Shown piece by piece: positions 28,796-38,984 of a stretch of DNA of 64,000 bases. The notes beneath the pieces are model-generated. The model did no database searches, was not told the DNA's origin, and saw only the letters and a program-made list of their open reading frames with translations. The translations under genes and the position numbers were made by a program. The DNA is from Thermoplasmata archaeon (GTDB lineage: Archaea > Thermoplasmatota > Thermoplasmata > Sysuiplasmatales > Sysuiplasmataceae), in NCBI GenBank assembly GCA_021806165.1, contig JAJZXY010000008.1:11334-75333 (forward strand), written 5' to 3'. Each line of letters begins with the position of its first letter. The first letter of the stretch is position 1.

Positions 28796-30250
28796 ATGAT
28801 CGATACCGGAGACACTGCGTGGGTCCTGGCTTCGGCGGCGCTGGTCATGATAATGACCCCGGCGCTTGGTTTTTTCTACGGAGGCATGGCTGGTCGAAAG
28901 AACATACTTTCCCTTATTGGGCAGTCATTTGTTGTCCTCGCGATTGTCAGTGTGCAGTGGGTCCTCTTCGGCTTCTCGCTCGCATTCGGTCCAGGACCGG
29001 CCGGCCCCCTTTCCGGCTTCATAGGCGGAACCTACTACATGGGCATGGCGAACATGGGCTACACGGCGATGTACCCGGGTGTCGACGGCATAAACGTCAG
29101 CACTGTGATGATCTTCCAGGCAATGTTCGCCATAATAACCCCCGCTCTCGTGAGCGGTGCCTTCGTCGGGAGAATGAAGTTCTCCACCTTTGTTGTGTTC
29201 ACAATCCTCTGGAGCTTCCTTGTGTATGACCCGGTGGCACACTGGGTCTGGGCATATGACGGATGGCTTCACGGTCTTGGCGCTCTCGACTTTGCAGGCG
29301 GGACAGTCATACACATCAACTCAGGGGTTGCAGGACTTGCGGCAGCGATGTTCATAGGGCCCAGGCTGGTAAAGCACGACGGACCTGAGCATGCGGAGCC
29401 CACCCTGACACTCCTTGGAGCGGCATTTCTCTGGTTCGGATGGTTCGGCTTCAACGCAGGCTCGGCCCTTGGTGCCGGGCCTCTTGCAGTCAACGCGTTC
29501 ATAGTCACAAATACCGCTGCTGCCCTGGCCGCTCTTACATGGCTCGGCCTCTCCTGGCACTATAATGGGAAGGCGAGCATGCTGGGGGCTGCCTCCGGCT
29601 CTGTGGCAGGGCTTGTCGCGATAACCCCGGCCTCGGGCTTTGTGGATATCTGGGGTGCGCTGGTCATTGGAATAGGAGCGGGAGCTCTCTGCTTCTATGC
29701 TGTGGCATGGCGCAACAAGACAAAGGTGGATGACACGCTGGACACATTCGGGGTCCACGGCGTGGGGGGCATGTGGGGAGCTCTAGCAACGGGGCTCTTC
29801 GCAACGACGCTCGTGAACTCCGGTGGAGCCAACGGACTCTTCTACGGCAATCCACACCAGGTCCTTGTCCAGATGCTGGCAATAGCCTGCTCCTCGGCTT
29901 ACTCGTTTGCGATGACCATAGGCATACTGAAACTCCTTGACCTCGTGATGGGCGTCAGAGTCCCCGAACAAGACGAACACCTTGGCCTGGATCTTGCTCA
30001 CCACGGGGAGAGGGGATATTCAGCCGTGGACCACCACTCTGCCTATGAAAAGGGTATCAGGCTGGTCCTGTCGGTTCCGAGGGAGGAGAGGGGCTATGTT
30101 GCAGACCTTGTAGCATCGGGTATGAACATAGTGCTCTCTGTTTCCAGTGAAGACCGCAACCTGATATCCGGGTTGCTGAAAACTGACGGGCACGTGTCAG
30201 CTATCGTCACGGGTCCAGCCAATATGAAGGAGGCGGGAGCCGCCGAGTAG
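28796..30250 (+). CDS. amt: Ammonium transporter Amt with about 70-aa C-terminal extension
   Basis: MIDTGDTAWVLASAALVMIMTPALGFFYGGM... canonical Amt N-terminus and 11-TM body. Extra C-terminal segment after ...HHGERGYSAV. Confidence 0.85.
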   Translation: MIDTGDTAWVLASAALVMIMTPALGFFYGGMAGRKNILSLIGQSFVVLAIVSVQWVLFGFSLAFGPGPAGPLSGFIGGTYYMGMANMGYTAMYPGVDGINVSTVMIFQAMFAIITPALVSGAFVGRMKFSTFVVFTILWSFLVYDPVAHWVWAYDGWLHGLGALDFAGGTVIHINSGVAGLAAAMFIGPRLVKHDGPEHAEPTLTLLGAAFLWFGWFGFNAGSALGAGPLAVNAFIVTNTAAALAALTWLGLSWHYNGKASMLGAASGSVAGLVAITPASGFVDIWGALVIGIGAGALCFYAVAWRNKTKVDDTLDTFGVHGVGGMWGALATGLFATTLVNSGGANGLFYGNPHQVLVQMLAIACSSAYSFAMTIGILKLLDLVMGVRVPEQDEHLGLDLAHHGERGYSAVDHHSAYEKGIRLVLSVPREERGYVADLVASGMNIVLSVSSEDRNLISGLLKTDGHVSAIVTGPANMKEAGAAE

Positions 30251-30451
30251 CAGTAAACACCCGGGTGCCGCAGCCAGGACCAGAACCCCCTTTTTAACCA
30301 CGGCGGCGGTGCCCATAACACTGGCGTGCCCCCGGATATGGGCAGAGTCCACTGCCATTGCAGCAAGTGGGCGGCCGGACAGGCCGTATTTAGCTGTTTT
30401 TTCGATTATCGCACGGAATCACTAGAAAAATTCTTTTATAAGCTCCATTCT

Positions 30452-30471
30452 TGGCATTTCATCAAATGCCA
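30452..30471. promoter_or_regulatory. Perfect 8-4-8 palindrome TGGCATTT-CATC-AAATGCCA upstream of gltB, downstream of a TTTATAAG TATA-like box
   Basis: Read directly from sequence. TATA-like box at about 30435-30442; gltB start 30509. Confidence 0.35.
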
Positions 30472-30508
30472 CGCTATTGTTTAGCGTGATAAGGATGGTC
30501 GCGCCGAA

Positions 30509-32848
30509 ATGCTTGAATATCCGCCCGGAACGAGGCTTATCGAAAAATACCTGAGGCTGCCCAGGACGACGCGGAAGGAGTTCTGGTCAGAGTGGAAGAT
30601 TGAGCACATAAGAAGACTCGCTTCCGGCGATATTTGCAGGGATTCCCCCTTCATCCCGGCATCCGAAAGGGGCAGCAGGCTTCTGGACAGGCTCGAGCTT
30701 GTCCGCTCGGCCAATCCGCTCGATACCTCTGAGATTGACACCACCATGCGGTTCTGCGGTGACGGCAGCAACGTACTGTCGGCACCTCTATATCTGGGCG
30801 ACATGTCATTCGGCTCCCTTTCTGGCACGCCGAACGTGGCAATAGCCGAGGCTGCAAGGATCACTGGAATCATGGCCGGAACCGGGGAGGGTGGCCTTCA
30901 TCCGGACATCCCGCGCGGCAGCCATCTGACAGTGCAGTGGGCTTCAGCCAGATTCGGCGTCGACCTGCACACGCTGGGAGCAGGCGCTGCTGTGGTGATA
31001 AAGATCGGGCAGGGCGCAAAGCCCGGAATAGGCGGGCACCTGCCTGGAATCAAGGTGACTCAGCCAATATCGGAGACGAGAAGGGTTCCGCGCGGGGTGG
31101 ATGCCATTTCACCGGCACCCCATCACGACATCTATTCCATCGAAGACCTTGGACAGAGGATAGATGCGCTGAAGCAGGCTACAGGCAAGCCTGTCCTTGT
31201 CAAGGTTGCCGCCACGAATTATATACCGTACATCGCAAGCGGTATTGCGAGGATGGGAGCGGCAGGCGTGATTATAGACGGCGCAGGCGCAGGGACCGGG
31301 GCCGCGCCCACCGCCATAAGGGACAATGTCGGCCTGCCAATTGAGCTGGCTGTTGCTGCAACCGACAGCGTGCTGAGGAGGGAGGGGTTGCGGGAGGGAT
31401 TCACCGTGATTGCCTCGGGAAGGGTCAGCCATCCGGAGGACTCGGTAAAGCTGATGGCGCTTGGCGCCGACATGACAAGCCTGGGCACTGCCCCGCTGCT
31501 GGCGCTAGGTTGCCTGATGGTCAGGAAATGCCATCTCGGTCACTGCCCCGCCGCTCTGACGAACATGATTGGCGAGAGGCAGCTGAGGGCCATATCACTG
31601 GACTGGTCTGTTCTTCTGCTGAAGCGGTTCGTGGAGGGATGGACTGCTGAAATGAGGGAGATAATGGCGGCCGCCGGCGCAAGGGACGCGGTCGATCTCA
31701 CTGGCAGCAGGTCCATTCTCAGGGGCATCCACCTCAATGGCGACACATCGGGTGTTCTGGGCGTTGACGTGGATGAATGCTGCGGGTGCAATCACCTGGA
31801 GAGGGAGGACATAATCCAGAGATGGCAGAGGGTCAGGTCCTCCGGCACCTGGAGGCCTTCAGCGGTTGCGCATATAGAGGAGCTTGCGGGCGTTAACGGA
31901 AGGAATGCAGGTGAAACACACATGTCCAGCATGGGAAACTCCAGCCCGCCTTTTGTTGAACTGCCCGACAGGATTGCAGATTTCATTGTATCGGACGGGG
32001 CACAGGTCACAAGGCCAAGCATCGACCCTTACAGGGAAGAAATAGAGACGGAAGCATTCGTCGGAAGGGAGGGCATCAGGCTTTCCGCACCCTTCTACTT
32101 CTCCCCCCTTCCCGCCGAGGCTCCCCAGGCCGTTTGCGACGCAGTTGCTGTTGCCGCATCCAGGATGGGCCTCCTCTTTGATCCCGGCTCGGAAGCGGCT
32201 GTCCTGCCTTCCAGGGTTACAAGAAGAACCATTGCCAGGCTCGACACGGTATTCCCAGGCATGGAGAGGGCGGTGAGGTGCCTGCCGGGGTCATCCGTGC
32301 TTTTCCTGGATTCGCCGCGCGGACGGTCGCTGTTCCTGAAGTTCCCGTCGACCGCTTCAAATGCGGCGGCCGCAGCCGAAAGTGCGGGCACGCTCCTGTC
32401 TGCCGGAATATCATCGCTGGTGGTGGACGAGGATCTCCCGTCCTCCGACATTCCGCTGGAGATGTCCGTTTCACTTCTGGACAGCCTTCTGGCCAAGTCA
32501 GGGCAGCGCTATAGTTTCTCCCTGCTCGCACAGGGATCGTATATCAGGGGCTCAGGCGACATATTCAAGCTGAAGGCGCTTGGCGCAGATGCAGTCGGAA
32601 TGAGCTACCCGGCTGTCATCGCCTCAGGCATTCTCAGGAGGGATGCAGCAGTCTCCAGGGAGACACTTGTGGAAAGGATTGAGAACATGGTGTCGGGCAT
32701 CACAAAGGAGATAAGGCTCTTTGCCGGGGCCGCAGGCATAAGCGACATATCCTCCTCCCTGACTTCCAGCAGGGAGCTGCTCCGATCAGTCGAGCTTGAC
32801 CCTGCGATAAGACAGCTGCTGTCGGTCAAGCCTGCAGGCTCATTCTGA
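30509..32848 (+). CDS. Archaeal-type glutamate synthase FMN-binding domain protein (GltB domain-2 type) with extra C-terminal TIM-barrel-like region
   Basis: FMN domain motifs (GDMSFGSLSGTPNVAIAEAA..., GEGG, KIGQGAKPGIGGHLPG). Residues about 500-779 repeat a weaker version of the same pattern (FKLKALGADAVGMS vs VKLMALGADMTSLG). Confidence 0.7.
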   Translation: MLEYPPGTRLIEKYLRLPRTTRKEFWSEWKIEHIRRLASGDICRDSPFIPASERGSRLLDRLELVRSANPLDTSEIDTTMRFCGDGSNVLSAPLYLGDMSFGSLSGTPNVAIAEAARITGIMAGTGEGGLHPDIPRGSHLTVQWASARFGVDLHTLGAGAAVVIKIGQGAKPGIGGHLPGIKVTQPISETRRVPRGVDAISPAPHHDIYSIEDLGQRIDALKQATGKPVLVKVAATNYIPYIASGIARMGAAGVIIDGAGAGTGAAPTAIRDNVGLPIELAVAATDSVLRREGLREGFTVIASGRVSHPEDSVKLMALGADMTSLGTAPLLALGCLMVRKCHLGHCPAALTNMIGERQLRAISLDWSVLLLKRFVEGWTAEMREIMAAAGARDAVDLTGSRSILRGIHLNGDTSGVLGVDVDECCGCNHLEREDIIQRWQRVRSSGTWRPSAVAHIEELAGVNGRNAGETHMSSMGNSSPPFVELPDRIADFIVSDGAQVTRPSIDPYREEIETEAFVGREGIRLSAPFYFSPLPAEAPQAVCDAVAVAASRMGLLFDPGSEAAVLPSRVTRRTIARLDTVFPGMERAVRCLPGSSVLFLDSPRGRSLFLKFPSTASNAAAAAESAGTLLSAGISSLVVDEDLPSSDIPLEMSVSLLDSLLAKSGQRYSFSLLAQGSYIRGSGDIFKLKALGADAVGMSYPAVIASGILRRDAAVSRETLVERIENMVSGITKEIRLFAGAAGISDISSSLTSSRELLRSVELDPAIRQLLSVKPAGSF

Positions 32849-32852
32849 GGAG

Positions 32853-34868
32853 GTGGACTGGATGTCATATCTCCCCGGGATGAAGTACGGAATGCCGCAT
32901 GTCAAGGACGGATGCGGCGTATTCGGAATACTCTCCAGGGACTGCTCGAAACCAGTACCGTCTGACTTGGCCGTGTTCGGTATGAACACCGCCAGGCACA
33001 GGGGAAGCAGTTTCGGCGCCGGCTACGCATCCATGAACCTCGGCGACGGGGAGCGCGATGTTTTCAGGCTCAGGGCGTTCGTCCTCGACAGGGAGGTGGC
33101 CGCGGAGGTTGCGGAGGCGGTTGCGGAGGAGATCTCAGAGGTGCTGGGCACCCGCTACACCGATTTCGGCGGCTCTCCAATCGCCGGGATGCCCGTTCTG
33201 GAAATCGAGGTCAGCCCCCCGGACAGGGCCGGAGTTTCAATCCAGGTGGACAGGATCAACGGACTGCTTCTTTCCGATTCGGGCATAAGGGGAAGGATAT
33301 ATTCCTACGGCAGCTGCATGGATGTGTACAAGGGCGTTGGTTACCCAGATGATGTGGCATCGCTGTACGGACTGCAGGAGGGGAGCCATGCCGGAATTGC
33401 ATGGGTCGCCCACAGCAGGCAGCCCACCAACTCTCCCGGAGCCCTTCCAATATGGTCTCATCCGTTCGCATCAATGGATTGCGCCATAGTCCACAACGGG
33501 GACATAAGCTCGTTCGGGGCAAACATGGCCTTCCTTGAATCAAGGGGATACCACAGCCACGTTGGCACCGACAGCGAAATAATCGCCAGGCTGGTGGAGA
33601 TACTGGTATGGGATGAAGGGCTGAGCCTCGAGGACGCGCTGATGGTCCTTTCCAACCCGTACTCCAGGAAGCTCCCGTCTCCTGCGAAGGAGCTCATATC
33701 CGCCTACAGGAACGCAAGGCTTGACGGCCCATTCAGCATAGTGGGGACGCTCGGGACTGGCGATGACTGCTACCTCTTTGCAGCCGCGGACAGATCCAAG
33801 TTCAGGCCGCTGCTTCTCGGCGAGGATGAGCATTACTTCTTCGCTGCGAGCGAGGAGTCCCAGATACGCGCGATCTCACCCGGTGCGGATGTCTGGAGGG
33901 CCGAGGCAGGCTCAGTCTTCAGCTGCTCTGCAAGGAGGGGGCTCATCTCCAGGGGCGGGAGAGGGATGCTTCATCGGCCGGCCCTTCTCTCAGCAGCGGG
34001 GCATGCCGGTGGCGGATGCACCATCGAGCCGGCACCGGGGGACGGGCCGGTACCTGCGGCGGCTGAAGGGGGGCGCTTCATAGGCGTCGGCATGTCATTC
34101 AGGGATTCACCCGCTACGGGGAAGATAGTCGTCAGTGGCAGCGCGGGCAACTGCCTTGCAAACCTCAACGACGGCGGAGTTTTCGAGGTGACCGGCAATG
34201 TTGCCGACGACCTTGCCGACACCATGTCAGATGGCATCGTTGCAGTGCATGGAAGCGCGGGGGATGTTGCCGCACAGGCAATGCAGGGCGGTCGCATATT
34301 CATTCGCGGCAGCGTAGGGAACAGGGCTGCGATACAGATGAGGGAGTTCGGCAGCAGGAGACCCTACATGGTCATATGCGAGACAGCAGGGGACTACCTC
34401 GGCGAATACATGGCAGGGGGAAGGGTGGTAGTCCTGAACCTTTCCAACTCCCCTCTCCCAACGGGCAGTTACCTGGGAACCGGTATGGTGGGTGGAACGA
34501 TATATGTGCGCGGCGAGGTGCGTCCGGCCCAGCTCGGCCTCCTTCCAAGGTCCGAGGATGTAATGACCTACCTGGAGTCGGCATGTGATGAGGGCCACAT
34601 CGATCCTCAGGCGCTCAAGTCGGTGGACCCCTTCGACGTCGACGGGATGCGCCCTCTGCTGCCCGGCTGGCTTTACGGGCGCGTGGTCAGGCTCTTCTAC
34701 ACATCAAAACATTCGAACACACCGTCGATGGAGAGAAGGCCGCTCTCTCCGGACGAAAAGGAGGAACTGCGCCCGGTGCTGGAGGAATGCTTCGCCTCGC
34801 TCAGCCTGGACCATTCAGCCCTTCCTGATATCCTGGAGTCAGACTACTGCGTCGTGTCTGTGAAATAG
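32853..34868 (+). CDS. Fused glutamate synthase GATase (Ntn class II) plus GXGXG C-terminal domain protein
   Basis: N-terminus ...KDGCGVFGILSRD with the class II amidotransferase catalytic Cys after a 20-aa leader. C-terminal GXGXG repeats (SGSAGNCLANLNDGG, HGSAGDVAAQAMQGG, GSVGNRAAIQM). Confidence 0.7.
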   Translation: MDWMSYLPGMKYGMPHVKDGCGVFGILSRDCSKPVPSDLAVFGMNTARHRGSSFGAGYASMNLGDGERDVFRLRAFVLDREVAAEVAEAVAEEISEVLGTRYTDFGGSPIAGMPVLEIEVSPPDRAGVSIQVDRINGLLLSDSGIRGRIYSYGSCMDVYKGVGYPDDVASLYGLQEGSHAGIAWVAHSRQPTNSPGALPIWSHPFASMDCAIVHNGDISSFGANMAFLESRGYHSHVGTDSEIIARLVEILVWDEGLSLEDALMVLSNPYSRKLPSPAKELISAYRNARLDGPFSIVGTLGTGDDCYLFAAADRSKFRPLLLGEDEHYFFAASEESQIRAISPGADVWRAEAGSVFSCSARRGLISRGGRGMLHRPALLSAAGHAGGGCTIEPAPGDGPVPAAAEGGRFIGVGMSFRDSPATGKIVVSGSAGNCLANLNDGGVFEVTGNVADDLADTMSDGIVAVHGSAGDVAAQAMQGGRIFIRGSVGNRAAIQMREFGSRRPYMVICETAGDYLGEYMAGGRVVVLNLSNSPLPTGSYLGTGMVGGTIYVRGEVRPAQLGLLPRSEDVMTYLESACDEGHIDPQALKSVDPFDVDGMRPLLPGWLYGRVVRLFYTSKHSNTPSMERRPLSPDEKEELRPVLEECFASLSLDHSALPDILESDYCVVSVK

Positions 34869-35134
34869 GCAGCGCGTCCGGCGATGCTGTCCTCCCGCTC
34901 CTCTGCGGCGGAGTATTCGACGCTGAAGACGCCGTAGATCTTCTTCAGGCTCTTTACCACCTTCGCCGTCTCCTCCTCGCAGCTGAGCGTCACCCGTATC
35001 CTGCTCAGACCCTCCTCGTGTGAATAGGCGAGCCTGCCTATCTCTATGTTCCTTCTGCTGAATTCGAATACCGTCCTCTGCAGGACGCCGTCTTCGTGCG
35101 CCGCAACTATGTTTACAACTGTCATGTAGACCAT
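34844..35134 (-). CDS. ACT-domain protein (acetolactate-synthase small-subunit-like)
   Basis: About 90 aa; ACT-like pattern (...VAAHEDGVLQRTVFEFSRRNIEIGRLAYSH...SRIRVTLS...). Convergent with the gltB end (25-nt overlap). Confidence 0.45.
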   Translation of the reverse strand: MVYMTVVNIVAAHEDGVLQRTVFEFSRRNIEIGRLAYSHEEGLSRIRVTLSCEEETAKVVKSLKKIYGVFSVEYSAAEEREDSIAGRAAYFTDTTQ

Positions 35135-35488
35135 TCCCTGTTTTCACCGCCGACCGAATCGAAATAAGATGCTGAAAGACAAGCAAAGAACAAACAATAC
35201 ACCACCACGAAGCAGCAGACCGCATGCCAGCCCGAAGCTTCAGCCGATGACAGGCAGCGTAAAGCCTGCGATACCCTGCAACAAAATGGCCGTAGGCGTA
35301 CTGCTGTCCATCAGGTGCAGACCATGCGGACGCCATATAAATACATTGCCACATCATGACATGTTACAGTCTTTCAGCGCCTTCCGCCCGATTCAGCCGC
35401 TTCACGCGGCGCCAGCTCCGGGCCCAGAGTGCTTGCTAAGGGCATCTAGTTAAAATATGGCACGAGGTTTAGGTCGCCCCGTATTCAG

Positions 35489-36313
35489 ATGGACAAGAAG
35501 AGAGTGGGCTTCCAGGGTGAGCCCGGGGCATACAGCGAGGAGGCTATTTACCAGCATTTCGGCGAGGGGGCTGAAGCCGTCCCCCTGAAGATAGTGGCTG
35601 ACGTGTTTGAGCGGGTTTCTGGCGGGGAGGTCGACTTCGGAATGATTCCGGTGGAGAACTCTATCGGAGGCAATGTATACGAGTCGTACGACAGGCTGAT
35701 TTCATCCGATCTTTCGGTAGTCGCGGAAGTCTACCTCAGGGTCCATCACTGCCTGATAGCAAACCGGGGAACCGAGCTTTCCATGGTGAAGCGCGTCTAT
35801 TCTCATCCGCAGGCGCTCGAGCAGTGCAGGAATTTCATATCAGGACTGGGCTCAGAAATGGCCAGCACGTTCGACACCGCAGGCAGCGCGAGGATGATCA
35901 GGGATTCGGGCAGCATGGATGCTGCCGCTATTGCAAGCGTCAGGGCCGCCGACATCTACGGATTGAATGTGCTCAGGAGGAATGTGGAGGACAGCCCCAA
36001 CAACATAACCAGGTTTCTGGTCATCTCCCGGTCCCCTGTTTCGCCTTCAGGCGAATGCAAAACCTCCATAGTCTTCCAGGTCCCGCACAGGCCCGGCAGG
36101 CTGCATGACGCCATGGGTATATTCGCAAGGCACGGCATCAACCTGACCAAGATAGAATCGCGGCCGACCAGAGAAAGGCCGTGGGAATACTACTTCCTGA
36201 TAGACTTCGAAGCCTCTTCCAGCGACCCTGAGACCGCGGCAGCCCTGGGCGAGCTTGCGGGCCGGGCCACATTCCTCAGGGTCATCGGCTCCTACCCGAG
36301 GGGCACCTTCTGA
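35489..36313 (+). CDS. pheA: Prephenate dehydratase (PDT plus ACT domains)
   Basis: 274 aa; FQGEPGAYSEEA, VENSIGG, TRF, ESRPT motifs. Confidence 0.8.
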   Translation: MDKKRVGFQGEPGAYSEEAIYQHFGEGAEAVPLKIVADVFERVSGGEVDFGMIPVENSIGGNVYESYDRLISSDLSVVAEVYLRVHHCLIANRGTELSMVKRVYSHPQALEQCRNFISGLGSEMASTFDTAGSARMIRDSGSMDAAAIASVRAADIYGLNVLRRNVEDSPNNITRFLVISRSPVSPSGECKTSIVFQVPHRPGRLHDAMGIFARHGINLTKIESRPTRERPWEYYFLIDFEASSSDPETAAALGELAGRATFLRVIGSYPRGTF

Positions 36314-36771
36314 GCACACCTGCATCAGCTGCGGCTTTCCAAAAGGACGAAGCAGCTTCGGGATACCGATATTATCTATCCACGGACAGGCAGCGGCGCA
36401 ATGCTGCGATCGCATCTCTCGGCATGAAAGCGATGTCTGTCACTGCCCTGTCAGGAGTAGTATTTGCGCTTGGTGGATTTTCTGATAATTCAGTTTCGTT
36501 CACCATGTCCGCGCGGGATTCATCTTCTCATTTGTGTTCCACGGAGCTCTGGCAGGAACGATCAACAGGAGGTTTACCGGCAGGGTGGAGTCGCAGGCAA
36601 TCTCCTCAGCTCCTGCCCCTCCAACCGGCCGACATGTCTGCCAGCCTTGCGGTCTCCTTTTCCAGCCACGTGTATGAATACCGGTGTGCTTTTCAGCCTT
36701 ATGCCAGTCATGGCCTCAATCAGCACGGGTTATTTTTAAGGCTCCCCCTTTGGGGTCATCGATGCGGTGGC

Positions 36772-38823
36772 CTACTTGATCCTGCCAAGGAAGAAGGAGC
36801 CTATGCTGAGCTCGCTCTTGCCCGCTGTATATTCCACCCTCTCCCTGGTCTGGGTTTCGCATATGCCCTGGACGGAGAGGAAATTGGTCCTCCCGTCGGT
36901 GCTGAATTCCATGACCCCGTCCATAATGCTGCTGATGATCTGCAGGTCCTGCTCGGACATGATACCCTTCTCGATGCTGTAGGCTGCGACGCATCCGTCC
37001 TTGCGCCTTCTCGCGACGAACTGCCTTAGGAGGGAGAATATGCTCTTTATGTCATGGTTCGTGCTGAGGCTGGAAACAGACCTGAAGACAAGCCTGTAGC
37101 CCTTCTCTCCGATCCTGTCGCCGATGCGTGCAAGGTGCGCGTCCACCAGAGCACCAATTTCCTCCACGTCCGCATCCTCCTCCAGGTAGGATGCATTCTC
37201 CTCCACCGAGCTGTCCCCGACCACCCTGGAGTATGCGTCCACGTAGAAGACCAGCCCCTGCTTCTCATAGTCGCCGAACGAAGCAGTGAAGCGCGACATC
37301 TCCTCCCTTATTTCCTCTATAGTCTTGTCCGTGGTAACCCATATCAGAGGAACGCCGTCGGCGATGCCCTGGGCGGCAAATGCGTCCATGGCTGTCTCCT
37401 TCCCTATGAACGACGGCCCGTAGACAACCATCTGCGAACCCACCGGAATGCCTCCGTTCAGCAGGTCGTCCAGCCTGGGAGTCCCTGACTTCACCTTGTC
37501 CTGCTGCTCCGTCTCAGGCGGTGTGAAGGATGGTGCCTCCATATCCATGAAATCGCTACCCCCAATCCTGACGTAACTGCTCTTGCTGGCCATTTCCTCC
37601 TCAAGTGCCTTCACCCTTTCATCCTTGACGGCAAGCATCTCCTTCAGCTCATCCGCGCTCCTGGCCAGCTCATCCCTTTCCTCCAGATAGGCATCAGACT
37701 GGCGCAGGCTCTCCTTCAGCCTCTCAAGGTCTTCGCTCATAAGCCTGATCCTTTCCTCCCTTTCCTTCAGCTGTTCGGAAAGGAGGTCGTACCCCCTCTT
37801 CAGCTCCTCCATGCCCGCCGACTCGGACAATGCGCGACTTGCGCTCTCCCTGGCTTTCTCCTGCTGCTCGCGTGCTGAAGCCTCAAGCCTGTCCACCTCG
37901 GCCCGGAGCCTGCCGATCTCCCCGTCCCTCCGTTCGAGTTCAGCCTGGAGCTCTTTCACCCTCTCATCCCTGAGCCTTAGCTCGCTCTTGAGCTCTTTTG
38001 CCGTCCTGTCAGCGACCCTGAGCCTTGCCTCGAACAGCTGTGTGGTCTTAACAAGCTCGCTCTCTGCCCTTCCCGGGGCTGCGGGCTGCACCTTGGCCCG
38101 AGTCTCCTTCTTTACTCCCTCAGCCCCCCCAAACTCCTGTCTGAGGAAGGATGCAAAGAGGGTGTTTGTCCACTCCGCAAGATTGTTTTTCCTGAATTCA
38201 GTCAGCGCCAGGTTCAGCAGTTCGAACTTCTGCCCCTCAGTCAGAAGTGAATATTCCTTCCTGAAATGCTGTATCGATCTGTCCATGTAATCCATGCCCA
38301 GGGCGGTGGAGTAGCGCTCCATCTCCTCGGCCCTGAAGATCGGTATGACGAAGTCTGAATAGTACAGGGAGAGGAGCTTCTTGGCAATCTCCTTCTCCCC
38401 GCCGAAACCAGGGATCACACCCCAGTTCTGGTCTATCTTGGAGGAGATGCTCTTCTTGTCGGAAACAAGCACCGTGAGGAGCACCTTGAAGAAATCGAAT
38501 CGCCGCACAGCCTCCTGGAATATAGCAGGGCTCATCGGCTGCACAGCGCCGACTGAGGATGTCCTGTCCTGCAGCCAGTTGAAGAACCTGTCATCGGCCG
38601 CCCCCTCAAAAAGGTCGTCCGGTGTCATTGCCCTCAGGAGGTCAGCCCTTTCCTTGTACGGGTATCGACCCACAAACTCACTTATCTGCTGCCTCGCCGT
38701 GCGCTCGCTGACAGCAATGTCTCCCGAGGCGGCAAAATCCAAAGCCCGGGCTATAACCTCCTTGGTATCCATGCGGATCTCACTTCCATTGATATATTTT
38801 AACAGTTCACCCTGATTATTCAT
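36772..38823 (-). CDS. Three-part protein: unknown N-domain, long coiled coil, C-terminal KaiC/RecA-like ATPase domain with degenerate Walker A
   Basis: 683 aa. Residues about 250-430 are heptad-rich (ELKSELRLRDERVKELQAELERRDGEIGRLRAEVDRLE...). C-terminus LDDLLNGGIPVGSQMVVYGPSFIGKETAM... is KaiC-like, but the Walker A position has GKE instead of GK[ST]. Confidence 0.5.
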   Translation of the reverse strand: MNNQGELLKYINGSEIRMDTKEVIARALDFAASGDIAVSERTARQQISEFVGRYPYKERADLLRAMTPDDLFEGAADDRFFNWLQDRTSSVGAVQPMSPAIFQEAVRRFDFFKVLLTVLVSDKKSISSKIDQNWGVIPGFGGEKEIAKKLLSLYYSDFVIPIFRAEEMERYSTALGMDYMDRSIQHFRKEYSLLTEGQKFELLNLALTEFRKNNLAEWTNTLFASFLRQEFGGAEGVKKETRAKVQPAAPGRAESELVKTTQLFEARLRVADRTAKELKSELRLRDERVKELQAELERRDGEIGRLRAEVDRLEASAREQQEKARESASRALSESAGMEELKRGYDLLSEQLKEREERIRLMSEDLERLKESLRQSDAYLEERDELARSADELKEMLAVKDERVKALEEEMASKSSYVRIGGSDFMDMEAPSFTPPETEQQDKVKSGTPRLDDLLNGGIPVGSQMVVYGPSFIGKETAMDAFAAQGIADGVPLIWVTTDKTIEEIREEMSRFTASFGDYEKQGLVFYVDAYSRVVGDSSVEENASYLEEDADVEEIGALVDAHLARIGDRIGEKGYRLVFRSVSSLSTNHDIKSIFSLLRQFVARRRKDGCVAAYSIEKGIMSEQDLQIISSIMDGVMEFSTDGRTNFLSVQGICETQTRERVEYTAGKSELSIGSFFLGRIK

Positions 38824-38984
38824 AGAGATAACGTCTCCATAAACTCCAGCAGCAGGAATCGCACTCCGCCTCTGCCCGCGCGCACAGAATCATGCCTCCA
38901 GCTTAACAGCATGTGTCAGTATTCCCTGCCGTGAAAGCCGCGTGCCAAGTTATTTAGCAAGAGCGGTTTCTCCGGGTCAGGAAA

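Noticed and set aside
34839-35357. 172-aa minus-strand ORF overlapping the ACT-domain ORF
   Set aside because: Arg-rich low-complexity translation. The alternative frame (34844-35134) has a recognisable ACT pattern.
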